Source of the DNA: a bacterium
Lineage (GTDB): Bacteria > SZUA-182 > DTGQ01 > JAFGSM01
Direction: 5' to 3'
Length of the DNA stretch: 44,987 nucleotides
Assembly: GCA_049472355.1 (NCBI GenBank)
Contig: JBLIRP010000019.1
Span: 1-44,987, forward strand
This document shows, one piece after another, positions 10,235-19,933 of this stretch (the stretch's first letter is position 1; each line of letters begins with the position of its first letter). Below the pieces are notes generated by a model. It was given only the letters and a program-made list of their open reading frames with translations. It searched no databases and had not been told where the DNA came from. The translations under genes and the position numbers were made by a program.

Positions 10235-10470
10235 ACCTCCATACCTGCCTTTCGTCATATATCATTGCCTCTGTACTCTCGTCCCAAAAAGCGGACAACA
10301 GCATCGGAATTCGATGAAATATCCAGCCTTCGCGGACATCCCTCCCTTCCAAGGTATTTCTTTAAACGGGATATTCACGAGAATTCCGGGATGTCAAACC
10401 GGGTGCCCGTACATTGCTCTTTACCTGCTGTTTTCTGCAGAAATTGATTAAAAGAGAATATCCTTATTAA

Positions 10471-10499
10471 ATTATAGCATCCCTGCTGGATTTCCTCAA
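10471..10499 (-). promoter_or_regulatory. sigma70-type promoter with extended -10
   Basis: Minus strand TTGAGG, 17 nt ending TGC, then TATAAT. Confidence 0.65.
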
Positions 10500-10578
10500 C
10501 CCACACCTTCCAAAAGGCTTGCCCTGTAAGGCGATCACCCTATGTGCGGCCTTTCATGATCGATATCGGTATACATGG

Positions 10579-10611
10579 GGAGACCGCCCGCGGTATCTGC
10601 GGGCGATCTCC
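10579..10611 (-). terminator. GC-rich hairpin downstream of the 908-aa gene
   Basis: GGAGACCGCCCGCGG-TAT-CTGCGGGCGATCTCC; no clear U tract. Confidence 0.5.
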
Positions 10612-10630
10612 TTCCAAAGGTTCTCTGATA

Positions 10631-13357
10631 TCAGAACTCGTAGGCGCCTTCGTCGATCCAGTTCCTGATGAATGAAAGGCCCTGGGCGGTGAGTGGCCCC
10701 AGATTCAAGGGCATGAGGGCCTCGTTCGCCGGAAGACCGATGCCGCTCACCCTCTGGTAGAGGACGCTGTTCGCGTAATCCCCGGGGATCACCAGTATGC
10801 CCTCGCCGCTTCCCGTGTAATCGGCCTCCTGATTGACAAGGTTGTCATATGCGTCGCCCACGGTCAGGGGGAGGAAGTTTGCAGATGCGCCAGTATTTGG
10901 ATTGTGACACTGCACGCACCTGCTGGTGAAGATGGGCTGCACCTGCTGGCTGAAGGTCACCGACCCCACGGATACGATGAGGTTGATGTCGGTACCCATG
11001 GGAACCGAGGTCCCTGCAGCAGGGTTCTGGTCGATCACGGTGTTGGGCGGGACCGTGGTGCTGTAGTCATAGGTGATGTTACCCACATCGAGGTTGCAGG
11101 AGGTGATTTCATCCTCGGCCTCGTCAACGGTCAACCCCTCCACATCCGGCACCACCGGACTGGTGCACAGCGTGACCTCGAAGGAACGAACCACCACAAC
11201 ACCGCGGTCTCCCACTACGCGATCATCGGCACCGGGAAATTCAAAGGTCCCTATGATATTGGCGTCCGTGTGGAGCATGGCGTGGAGCACCTCGTCATCA
11301 ACCGCGTCGCGGGTCAGATCGACGGTGATATCGGTGGTGATGCCCGCATTCACATGTGCCTGGCCGATCACGGCTGAGGTGTCGTCGTGTATCACGATCC
11401 ATCCGGGACCGTAGTACCCAACGGATGCCACGGTCACCTCGTCGTAGGGGACGATCGTCTGATCATACACATTGACGAAGGGAACCGAACCGGAGGCGGG
11501 GACCATGCGGTATACCCTGCCGGTATTCCCTGAAGGCCCCGGGTTCTCCGAGGTAAGGACGTACAGCTCGTTGTCGGCATCCTGGCCGAAGGAGCGGACA
11601 TACTCGTTGATGCGGTCGTCATCGCTGGATGCCACCACGATTTCGCCCGTGGGCCACAGCATCCCGTCCGAGGGCGCTGGGGTTGCGATGAAGAGGGTAC
11701 CGTCCGGGTCATCGCCGGCGGTGCTCCAGTCGCCGAACACGTATTTGCCGGTGAAGCCGGTAAGCAGGCTCCCCCGGTACACATAGCCGCCGATTACCAC
11801 CAGGCCGATGCCACCCTGGGCATTGGCATTACGGTACTCGATAATCGGATCGGTGAGCTGTATGCCGTTCGGCCCGATAGTGGGGCATGAGGAAGGTGAC
11901 TGGTTCGGGTTGAAGGGATTGAAGCAGTGGGCGCCCTCCTTGATGTTCCACCCGTAGTTTCTTCCCTTGTTGACGATGTTCACCTCTTCCCAGAGGTTCT
12001 GCCCGGCGTCCGCAACGAACAGGTCGTGATCGCCTCCCGCGTCGAAGGACATGCCGAAGGGGTTGCGGAACCCGAAGGCGAATATCTCGTCGAGCCCGGT
12101 TTTATCCACAAACGGGTTGTCATCGGGAATGGCATACTCGAGATCATCAGTGATGTCGTCTACGTCGATGCGCAGGATGCTCCCCAGAAGGCCGCCGGCA
12201 AGGGTGACGATATCCTGGCCGTTTCCGACCTGGGGATTATGAAGTGTGCCAGTGTCATTGGCACCTCCCCCGTCACCCAGGGAGATGTACAGGTAGCCGT
12301 CTTCGGGGCCGAAGACGAGCTGGCCTGCATTGTGATTGCCCTGGGGCTGATCCACCTCCAGGATGATTTCCTCGGAGTCAATATCCGCCTTATTGGGGTC
12401 CCCGGAATCGACGGTGAATTCGGATATGCGGCTGGTGTGATCCCATCCGACAGGTGCACCCGGGGCGCTGTAATAGACGAAGAACCGGCCGTTGGTGGCG
12501 AACTCGGGATGGAAGGCGAGGCCGAGGAGCCCGCGCTCATCGTAATTATTGGTCAGATTCACCAATTCATCGCTGATGTCCAGGAAGGGTTCCGGGAGTA
12601 CGCTGCCGTCGGGCATCAGGATCATGATCTCGCCGGTCTGGTCCACGATGAACAGCCTGCCGGACCCGTCGCCGGGGGACACCAGCCCCACCGGTGCGTC
12701 GAACCCGTCCGCCACCAACTCGAGGGCGACCATCATCTGTGGGCCGCGGGAGACCACCAGGGCCACCGCCGAACCCCTTGGCACAATGGTATCGGCAGCC
12801 GGGCTCTGGCTGATCACGTAACCGGCGGGTACGTCCTCATCATACTGGCGGCTTATGCTTCCCACAGTGAGTTGCGCGGCAATGATGTCGTCACCAGCAT
12901 CGGCCTCGGTAAGCTCTTCTACGTCGGGCACGGTCCTGGTAGTTGGCTGGGGTGTAAAGGGAGGGTAAGGATAAGGGTAGGAGGGGGTGAAGGGGAATGG
13001 GGGATAATAGCTCGGGAAAAACGGTACCTGAGGGAACGGCCGGAATTGGGGCAATTGGGGAAACTGCGGCAACTGCTGGTAGACCGGGGGGCGGAAGTAT
13101 GTCGGTTGAAACCAGGGGAGCTGCTGAAACTGGTAGGAAGGAAAATTTCCATAGGGGAATTGACCGAAATACGACGGGAATGTCATTTGCTGAATCTGCG
13201 GGAATTGAAACGGCTGGTTGTAGAAGGAACCCGTCAGATAGGGATAATTGAAATTCGTCGGGGGAAGTTGAGCCAAGCTGTGTGGGCATTGAATGAGTAC
13301 GAGACTAAAGACGATTGCTGCAATCGTCATTATATGGAACAAAGAGTGCCTTTTCAT
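10631..13357 (-). CDS. Secreted multidomain protein: Q/P/F/Y-rich region, PASTA, PQQ-type glucose/sorbosone dehydrogenase propeller, beta-rich domain, PASTA, c-type cytochrome
   Basis: PASTA motifs (TVPDVEELT...VISQSPAADT...VALVVS; VVPDVEGLT...VIDQNPAAGT); GSDH motifs (ERGLLGLAFHPEF, HNAGQLVFGP, GFRNPF, NYGW); C-terminal FSQQVQPIFTSRCVQCH...MP...IRNWIDEGA. Confidence 0.9.
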   Translation of the reverse strand: MKRHSLFHIMTIAAIVFSLVLIQCPHSLAQLPPTNFNYPYLTGSFYNQPFQFPQIQQMTFPSYFGQFPYGNFPSYQFQQLPWFQPTYFRPPVYQQLPQFPQLPQFRPFPQVPFFPSYYPPFPFTPSYPYPYPPFTPQPTTRTVPDVEELTEADAGDDIIAAQLTVGSISRQYDEDVPAGYVISQSPAADTIVPRGSAVALVVSRGPQMMVALELVADGFDAPVGLVSPGDGSGRLFIVDQTGEIMILMPDGSVLPEPFLDISDELVNLTNNYDERGLLGLAFHPEFATNGRFFVYYSAPGAPVGWDHTSRISEFTVDSGDPNKADIDSEEIILEVDQPQGNHNAGQLVFGPEDGYLYISLGDGGGANDTGTLHNPQVGNGQDIVTLAGGLLGSILRIDVDDITDDLEYAIPDDNPFVDKTGLDEIFAFGFRNPFGMSFDAGGDHDLFVADAGQNLWEEVNIVNKGRNYGWNIKEGAHCFNPFNPNQSPSSCPTIGPNGIQLTDPIIEYRNANAQGGIGLVVIGGYVYRGSLLTGFTGKYVFGDWSTAGDDPDGTLFIATPAPSDGMLWPTGEIVVASSDDDRINEYVRSFGQDADNELYVLTSENPGPSGNTGRVYRMVPASGSVPFVNVYDQTIVPYDEVTVASVGYYGPGWIVIHDDTSAVIGQAHVNAGITTDITVDLTRDAVDDEVLHAMLHTDANIIGTFEFPGADDRVVGDRGVVVVRSFEVTLCTSPVVPDVEGLTVDEAEDEITSCNLDVGNITYDYSTTVPPNTVIDQNPAAGTSVPMGTDINLIVSVGSVTFSQQVQPIFTSRCVQCHNPNTGASANFLPLTVGDAYDNLVNQEADYTGSGEGILVIPGDYANSVLYQRVSGIGLPANEALMPLNLGPLTAQGLSFIRNWIDEGAYEF

Positions 13358-14073
13358 TGTGTTTCCTTTCTCTATGAACTCAATGGTGTGTGGAAACGTT
13401 GATTGTATTCTGTGTTTTTTGTCTCAAGCGTTATGTATAGACAGGGGATTTGATCGGACTGGAATATCGAATGGAGGGGATCTCCCGTTATCATGACGAT
13501 TGCTTGTAGTGTGGATCACATGGCCGAAGGGTCCGGCGTGTATCGATGTGCCCGTTGATGGTTGACGTAAGGGTGAGGGTATATGCTTGGGGCTGACATC
13601 CTTTTTTAAACGAAACATCCTTTGAGGATGTGACCGAATATGGTGAGAGGGATGAATCGCGGATGTTCTGGATTCCATATACATATTCCCCTTGCAAGGT
13701 TGATTGAATAGCACCGATTATGCAGAAATTGTTATGAGGAAATGAAGAGCATACTGCATATTCTTTGAATTCGGGCAATTACGGGAAAGCGTAATTTTTT
13801 GCTCGATAACGGGTGTCAGTATGGCAAAATGTGATGTATAATCTATGAATGGTACATATATATTTTAGTGCATGGTGGAAGATAAGTCAAAAGCACGGCA
13901 GCGCAGTGTCCCGGAATCCGATAGCATATCGAAAACATACACCATGTATCCCAGGAAAAGGCCATGATCTGCCGTGGCACTACAATTCAAGACATACTAT
14001 TTTCTGTATCATATGTATTGTCTGTAGCCATTGGCATCCATAAGCAAAATACCAGGAAAGGGGAGATGCGGCG

Positions 14074-16146
14074 ATGCAAAGGGATCACGCGGGGCATGAA
14101 CAGCATGACCACGCCGCGCATTCAGGGCCCGACCATGGGGAAGATCGCAGCGGCAATAACCACCAAGGCCATCAGGCGGCACACGACCACAGAGATCATC
14201 ATGCGCATATGGTGGCGGATTTCAAACGAAGGTTCTGGGTATCCACGATCATCACGATTCCCATCCTGGCCCTCTCCCCCATGATTCAGGAATTTCTCGG
14301 CCTGGGGGATTCCCTGCGATTCGTGGGGGACCTGTACGTGCTCTTCCTCCTTGCCACCGTCGTCTTCGTCTATGGCGGCAGGCCCTTCATCATGGGGCTC
14401 GTCGACGAGATCAGGTCGCGGAACCCGGGGATGATGACCCTCATCGGGGTCGCCATCACCACCGCGTACATTTACAGCAGCGCGGTGATCTTCGGGCTGG
14501 GGGGGAAGATATTCTTCTGGGAGCTGGCCACCCTGATCGATATCATGCTCCTCGGCCACTGGGTGGAGATGAGATCGGTCATGGGCGCCTCCCGCGCCTT
14601 GAAGGAACTGGCGCAGCTTCTCCCCTCGCATGCCCATAGGGTCATGCCGGGCGGGGACATCCGGGATTTTCCCCTCAGCGAGATCCGGAAGGGGGACCGG
14701 GTGCTGGTGAAGCCCGGCGAGCGGGTGCCGGTTGACGGAAGCGTGGTGAACGGGGAGTCCTCGATCGATGAATCCATGATCACCGGGGAGTCCTCCCCTG
14801 CATACAAAAAGGCGGGGGGGGAGGTCATCGGGGGCTCCCTCAACGGGGAGGGCGCCATCACCGTGGAGGTGCACAAGACGGGGGAGGAATCCTTTCTCTC
14901 CCAGATGATCGGGCTGGTCAGGGAGGCCCAGGAGAGCAAGTCAAGGAGCCAGGACCTTGCAAACAGGGCGGCCCTGTGGCTCACCGTCATCGCCCTGGGA
15001 TGCGGGGCAGCCACCCTGGCGGCATGGTGGTTCATGGTGGGAAGGGATTTCGCCTTTTCCCTGGAGCGTACCGTCACGGTCATGGTCATCACCTGCCCCC
15101 ATGCCCTGGGGCTGGCGATCCCCCTGGTGGTTGCCGTATCCACCGTCCTCTCGGCCCGGAACGGACTCATCATCAGGAACCGCACGGCGTTCGAGCGGGC
15201 GCGGAACATCCAGGCGATCATATTCGACAAGACCGGCACCATCACTACCGGCAGCTTCGGGGTCACCGACGTGATTCCCTTGCTCCCGGAAAAAATGGAT
15301 GAAGGGCAGGTGCTCCGCTATGCCGCGGCAGTGGAGGCGAATTCCGAGCATCCAATCGCCAGGGGGATCGTCTCATCAACGGAAGAGGTTCCCCGTGTGG
15401 AGGATTTCAGGGCCATCCCCGGCAAGGGCGCGGAGGGCACCGTGGAGGGGAAAAGGGTCAGGGTGGTCAGCTCGGGATACCTGCGGGAGCAGGGGATGGA
15501 GGTTGCGGACCCGCGGGTGGATGAGATCTCCTCCCAGGGAAAGACCGTGGTCTTTGTCATGGTCGAGGAGGCACTGGTGGGGGCGGTCGGCCTCGCCGAT
15601 ACCATACGGCCGGAATCCAGGGATGCCATAGCGCGCCTGAAGTCCATGGGGATTCAATGCATGATGCTCACCGGTGACCGCAGGGAGGTGGCCCGCTGGG
15701 TCTCCGACCAGATCGGGCTGGACGAATACTTCGCCGAGGTGCTTCCCCAGGAGAAGGCATCCAAGGTGAAGGAGGTGCAGGCAAAGGGGCTGGTGGTGGC
15801 CATGACCGGCGACGGGGTGAACGACGCCCCCGCCCTTGCCCAGGCCGATGTGGGCATTGCCATCGGTGCGGGTACCGATATTGCGGTGGAGACCGCGGAC
15901 ATCATCCTGGTGAACAGCAATCCCCTGGATGCGGTGGCCATCATCGGACTTGCCCGGGCTACCTATGCGAAGATGCTGCAGAACCTGGCCTGGGCAACCG
16001 GATACAATGTGCTGGCCATTCCCCTGGCCGCGGGGGTGCTGTATCCTGTGGGCATACTCCTGAGCCCTGCGGTGGGGGCGGTGCTCATGTCCCTGAGCAC
16101 GGTCATCGTTGCCGTCAATGCCACGCTCCTGAAGGTGAAGCGATAG
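14074..16146 (+). CDS. copB: Copper-translocating P1B-3-type ATPase
   Basis: His-rich N-terminus, TGES, CPH transmembrane motif, DKTGT, SEHP, GDGVNDAPALA. Confidence 0.95.
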   Translation: MQRDHAGHEQHDHAAHSGPDHGEDRSGNNHQGHQAAHDHRDHHAHMVADFKRRFWVSTIITIPILALSPMIQEFLGLGDSLRFVGDLYVLFLLATVVFVYGGRPFIMGLVDEIRSRNPGMMTLIGVAITTAYIYSSAVIFGLGGKIFFWELATLIDIMLLGHWVEMRSVMGASRALKELAQLLPSHAHRVMPGGDIRDFPLSEIRKGDRVLVKPGERVPVDGSVVNGESSIDESMITGESSPAYKKAGGEVIGGSLNGEGAITVEVHKTGEESFLSQMIGLVREAQESKSRSQDLANRAALWLTVIALGCGAATLAAWWFMVGRDFAFSLERTVTVMVITCPHALGLAIPLVVAVSTVLSARNGLIIRNRTAFERARNIQAIIFDKTGTITTGSFGVTDVIPLLPEKMDEGQVLRYAAAVEANSEHPIARGIVSSTEEVPRVEDFRAIPGKGAEGTVEGKRVRVVSSGYLREQGMEVADPRVDEISSQGKTVVFVMVEEALVGAVGLADTIRPESRDAIARLKSMGIQCMMLTGDRREVARWVSDQIGLDEYFAEVLPQEKASKVKEVQAKGLVVAMTGDGVNDAPALAQADVGIAIGAGTDIAVETADIILVNSNPLDAVAIIGLARATYAKMLQNLAWATGYNVLAIPLAAGVLYPVGILLSPAVGAVLMSLSTVIVAVNATLLKVKR

Positions 16147-16275
16147 GGAGAACGGCACGCGCATTTACGAATAATGTCAATGCCCCGAATCTATATTTCA
16201 TGGTGACGGCAATCACTACCGTCGAAAGCTTGCCTTCACGATAGTGCACCCGGTCCGAATATGCCCCCTAACCGA

Positions 16276-16785
16276 TCAGATGGCGAGGGAGAGCCAGGCA
16301 AGGGCCGAGGCGACATCCGGGTTTCCCGTATTGATCAGGGCATTGAGGAGCAAGGGATTATCCAAAAGCGTCGGGTCCTGGATAATCAGGGTGAGCACCG
16401 CGGTCACCTGGGGATTCCCGGTGTTGATGATCCAGTCGGCAATGATGACACCGGCAATGGTGGTTACCGGGGTGAGCGGCACGAGCGAGGTCACTGCCGC
16501 AATGGTCGCGGTGGGAGGGGGAGCGACTGCGGGGGCCGTGAATGTTAGTGGCGCCACCGGTGCGGGATTAAAATACCCGGTATTGTAGTAGGGTGACACA
16601 TAGAAAGGATTATAGAACGAGGAATATGAGGTATAGAGCGGGGAAAATGGATACGAGAAGGGTGAGAAAAAATATGAACCCGGATAATAGAATCCGAACT
16701 GCGCCTTGACAATCGCGCGTGTCATCAGAAGGATCAAGAACACCAGAACAACGCAGAACAAACGGAATCCAATATTGTCTCTCAT
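16276..16785 (-). CDS. Secreted Tyr/Phe/Pro-rich hypothetical protein with duplicated INTGNP motif
   Basis: GGAGG RBS at 16793-16797; signal peptide ending VKA-Q; F/Y/P/S-rich region; IINTGNPQV and LINTGNPDV. Confidence 0.8.
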   Translation of the reverse strand: MRDNIGFRLFCVVLVFLILLMTRAIVKAQFGFYYPGSYFFSPFSYPFSPLYTSYSSFYNPFYVSPYYNTGYFNPAPVAPLTFTAPAVAPPPTATIAAVTSLVPLTPVTTIAGVIIADWIINTGNPQVTAVLTLIIQDPTLLDNPLLLNALINTGNPDVASALAWLSLAI

Positions 16786-16925
16786 AACCTTGCCTCCTTG
16801 TCTTACCCTTGAACCCGGATCAGGTGCCTGTGCAGGTGCCTTTTTGTGCCGTGTACCTGTTTCGCTCAGTGAGATTCCCCATTCGTTATTCCCACTGGGG
16901 CCTTCGCAATTATACGATTTTGAAT

Positions 16926-16941
16926 AGCAAGAAAAATGCCA
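16926..16941 (-). promoter_or_regulatory. sigma54 (-24/-12) promoter
   Basis: Minus strand TGGCAT-TTTTC-TTGCT, about 140 nt upstream of 16785. Confidence 0.6.
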
Positions 16942-17177
16942 CAGATAATAATTTTTATTTATGAATAAATTCAAATAGTTTTGCATAACGAACGGGAATT
17001 TTGGAAAGGATCGATGCTCTCCGCGTCATACACCCTATGATATGAAGCGGTGCGGGCGCATTATATAAAAGTGGAGAAAATACAGCGGTTTGTCTTGTAT
17101 CGGATCACGCATAAAACGGGATGCCTGTCATGCATTGTATACCTTTTCGTCCCCTGTGCCTTTTCCGCGAGGTCGAT

Positions 17178-17312
17178 TGATGGCCTCAGAAAAGGTCGAT
17201 TTTACCCTATTCCGTCATTTCGTGCTTGATATGAATTTCGGTGCTTTCAAATAGTTTCGGACTCCGGCCTTCGCCGGGGTGACAGGTTTGGCGACCTCTT
17301 GCGAGGCAATCA
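17178..17312 (+). repeat. MITE-like repeat family B, copy 1
   Basis: Imperfect terminal inverted repeats TGATGGCCTCAGAAAAGGTCG / CGACCTCTTGCGAGGCAATCA; interior homologous to 19934-20066. Confidence 0.8.
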
Positions 17313-17473
17313 TGATCGCCTCTTTCCGAATACGGAATGAACAGGAAAGGGTATATTGGTTGATTAAATCTGAAAACAAATCTATACTGCTTTTCGTATC
17401 AGGGTGGTCCGATTAAGTGAGGACAGGCACCGAAAAAGAGACATATTCTTTTCAGACATTGCAAGGAGGCTGT

Positions 17474-17935
17474 GTGTCAGCGGATACGGAACAACTGGTG
17501 ACCAGGATTCAATCCCTTTTTCAATCGCAAGGCCTGGGCGTTTTGGCGACGCGCGGCAAGGAGTATCCCTACTGCACGCTGGTGGGTTTTGCGGGAACGG
17601 AAGACCTGAGGCACATACTATTCGCGACCCTGCGGAATACCCGGAAATATGCGAACATCAGGGCATATCCCATGATCTCCATACTGATCGACTCAAGGTC
17701 GAACCGGGCGGAGGACTTCAAGGACGCCGTGGCCTTGACCGTACTGGGCAATGCACGCGAGGCGGAAGGTGAAGAGAGGGAGCGGCTGTCCGGGTTATAC
17801 CTGGAAAGGCATCCCCTTCTCAGGGAATTTCTCCGGGACCCCGATTGTGCCCTCATGGTCCTTGAAGTGGAACGATATATCCTGGTGACCCGTTTTCAAC
17901 AGGTCATGGAGATGGATATATCCCCATGCCGTTGA
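17474..17935 (+). CDS. Pyridoxamine 5'-phosphate oxidase-family (split-barrel flavin-binding) protein
   Basis: LGVLAT...PYCTLVGF...FATLRNTRKYANI...ISILID; AAGGAGG RBS before GTG 17474. Alternative start at 17417. Confidence 0.85.
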   Translation: MSADTEQLVTRIQSLFQSQGLGVLATRGKEYPYCTLVGFAGTEDLRHILFATLRNTRKYANIRAYPMISILIDSRSNRAEDFKDAVALTVLGNAREAEGEERERLSGLYLERHPLLREFLRDPDCALMVLEVERYILVTRFQQVMEMDISPCR

Positions 17936-17970
17936 CCCTGCCATGAAATTCGGCGACCCCGATGAGACGG
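17926..17970 (+). pseudogene. Collapsed remnant of the PEP-utilising enzyme gene (start joined to end)
   Basis: ATGCCGTTGA matches the start of 33757; 17948-17965 matches 35922-35939 at 16/18 nt. Confidence 0.65.
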
Positions 17971-17982
17971 CAGCCGGGTGGT

Positions 17983-18169
17983 TTGGGGTCAGGTCTTGAA
18001 TTGACAGTTTTTGTTCCAAAAATATCCCGTATTCATCAGAAAATAGAGCATTTTTATAATTCGTGGCGCCACAAAGCGGCATGAGGGTTTGCTCTGAAAA
18101 TATCCTGTATTAATTTGAAAATATAGCATTTTCATTCTTCGTGGCGCCGCGAAGCGGCATGAGGGTTTG
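17983..18169 (+). repeat. REP-like repeat family A, copy 2 (end motif plus two palindromic units 78 bp apart)
   Basis: TTGGGGTCAGGTCTTGAATTGACAGTTTTT then two TTCGTGGCGCC...GCGGCATGAGGGTTTG units; near reverse complement of 21501-21686. Confidence 0.9.
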
Positions 18170-18267
18170 TCTCCAGGTTGTTCCTCCTTTGGAAAAAGTC
18201 CGGTCCCGATCAGGGATTCCCTGGGCTGGAAATACCATGAGATTCACATCATCAAGGGGGTATGCAT

Positions 18268-18699
18268 ATGGCCGTGTATAGACATATTCAATCGGGTAAG
18301 GTGTTCATGGGGAGGCTGTCCCACGGCGCCGATCTGTTGGGGGAGCTCACCGACATGTGCATCAGGGAAGGGATCCGGCTCGGGCGCATCGATGCATTCG
18401 GGGCCGTTCGGAAGGCCACCCTGGGTTTCTATGATCAGGGGACGCGCACCTACAAGAGCTTCGCCCTGGATCGCCCCCTGGAGATCACCACACTGATCGG
18501 CAATATTTCCCTCAAAGAGGGGAAACCCATGGTCCATGCGCATATCACACTGGCGGACAGGGATGGCTCCGCGTATGGCGGCCACCTTATGCCGGGAACG
18601 ATCATCTTCGCATGTGAATTTGTGCTCCATGTCTATGAAGGGACGCCATTCAACAGGGAATTTGATGAAGATACCGGGCTGCCGCTGTGGAGGACGTAA
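18268..18699 (+). CDS. PPC/DUF296 domain protein
   Basis: GRLSHGADLL...GAV...LEITTLIGNIS...HAHITLAD...GGHL motifs. Confidence 0.9.
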   Translation: MAVYRHIQSGKVFMGRLSHGADLLGELTDMCIREGIRLGRIDAFGAVRKATLGFYDQGTRTYKSFALDRPLEITTLIGNISLKEGKPMVHAHITLADRDGSAYGGHLMPGTIIFACEFVLHVYEGTPFNREFDEDTGLPLWRT

Positions 18700-18761
18700 C
18701 GGATTCCTGCACAATGACCGGGACGTGGCCTGACCCGGACTGCGCCACGGGTGAATCAGCC

Positions 18762-18831
18762 TTGACAAGGATCAAAATTCCGCCTACTCTTCTATTGAGA
18801 AAACAAATTCTTATCAATATCAATTATCAAT
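18762..18831 (+). promoter_or_regulatory. sigma70 promoter of cooT followed by a Fur-family-like operator
   Basis: TTGACA (18762-18767), 17 nt, TACTCT (18785-18790); three tandem TATCAAT units at 18812-18831. Confidence 0.5.
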
Positions 18832-18962
18832 CTTATTTTCTCCGTTGCATTTTTGGTTCAGTCAGGTCATGTTCTTTACCCTGATCCCCGGATCAGGGTG
18901 GTCTGAGAGAAAAACGGATTGTCCGACCGGGAAAGGACCCGGTATACGGAAAGGGAGGGATT

Positions 18963-19169
18963 ATGTGCCTGTCGAACGTATATGTCGATACAAAGAAACA
19001 GGGGAACCTTTTGCTCCAAGAGGTAATGCGGGTGAGCGTCGATGGTGAGGATATTCGGATTCAGACGCTCATGGGCGATAGCAAGAAGATGGAAGGTTAT
19101 TATATACGCCAGGTGGACTTTTTGGATAACTCTATGATACTGGAGAAGAAGGGCGAGACACATGAGTGA
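18963..19169 (+). CDS. cooT: CooT-family nickel-binding protein
   Basis: 68 aa, begins MCLSNVY (Cys2), with LLQEV...GDSK...IRQVDFL pattern. Confidence 0.85.
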   Translation: MCLSNVYVDTKKQGNLLLQEVMRVSVDGEDIRIQTLMGDSKKMEGYYIRQVDFLDNSMILEKKGETHE

Positions 19170-19389
19170 ACATCACCATCATGAGGATGTGAAAAGGCTT
19201 GAGGCCGGGTTACCCTATCTGCTCAAACACAATCAGGAACATGTACAGGATCTTGAAAAATGGATACAAAGGGCCAGAGAGGCCCATCAAGACGCCGTCG
19301 CAGATGAACTGCAGAAGGTCCTGGAGCTGTCCCGCCGGATCACCATACACTTTGAGGCTGCGTTGCATGCACTGGAGCATCGGGAATAA
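19162..19389 (+). CDS. Small His-rich helical putative metal-binding protein
   Basis: MSEHHHHE...LLKHNQEH...KW...; overlaps the cooT stop. Confidence 0.75.
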   Translation: MSEHHHHEDVKRLEAGLPYLLKHNQEHVQDLEKWIQRAREAHQDAVADELQKVLELSRRITIHFEAALHALEHRE

Positions 19390-19546
19390 AGGCGCACCTG
19401 CCGGAATAAGTGCCCGAATGCCGGTGTGCCCTTGAAAAAATACCATCATGAGAAAATTTTACTATGGAATTTCCCCTGAATTTTGTGATGTAAGATGTTA
19501 AGGGGGAGAGGGGTTTTATTTCAACCTTAAGAAAGGACAAAGACAC

Positions 19547-19720
19547 ATGGGCCTATGGAATAAGCTGTTTAGAAGAAATCCGCCGCACTCCGCCATTCAT
19601 CTTGGTCGCAATGAACCCTGCTGGTGCGGCAGCGGTAAGAAATACAAGAAGTGTCACTACGCATCGGACCAGAAATATTTCGCTCGTATCTTCGCACCCA
19701 CCTGCAAAACACCCTCTTGA
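19547..19720 (+). CDS. SEC-C motif miniprotein (57 aa, absent from the ORF track)
   Basis: [65 protein letters not shown]. Confidence 0.85.
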   Translation: MGLWNKLFRRNPPHSAIHLGRNEPCWCGSGKKYKKCHYASDQKYFARIFAPTCKTPS

Positions 19721-19933
19721 AGTCTGAAATCGAGGTGAGTCTCACCTTCTCTATGCATCCGCAGGATATGTCTCATTGTGCATTCGTAACGACGGGCTGC
19801 CGATTCGGCATACGTCCGTAAGATCTTGAGAATAAAGGCCCTTGAACACGTTGACCCTTCGCTGCCTCAAGCACATGGCCTCACATTATTTCCCTTGTCA
19901 TCTTTTGCCGAGTTGTTTTTGAGTAGCTGTCTT

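Noticed and set aside
11927..13402. 491-aa plus-strand ORF and other long antisense ORFs (e.g. 34108..35289, 15376..16164, 38433..39266)
   Set aside because: Shadow ORFs opposite well-supported GC-rich genes, with no motifs of their own.
13938..13990. CsoR operator or sigma54 promoter upstream of copB
   Set aside because: ATAC-N5-GTAT lacks the spacing and G/C tract of CsoR boxes; TGGCAC-N5-TTCA lacks the -12 GC.
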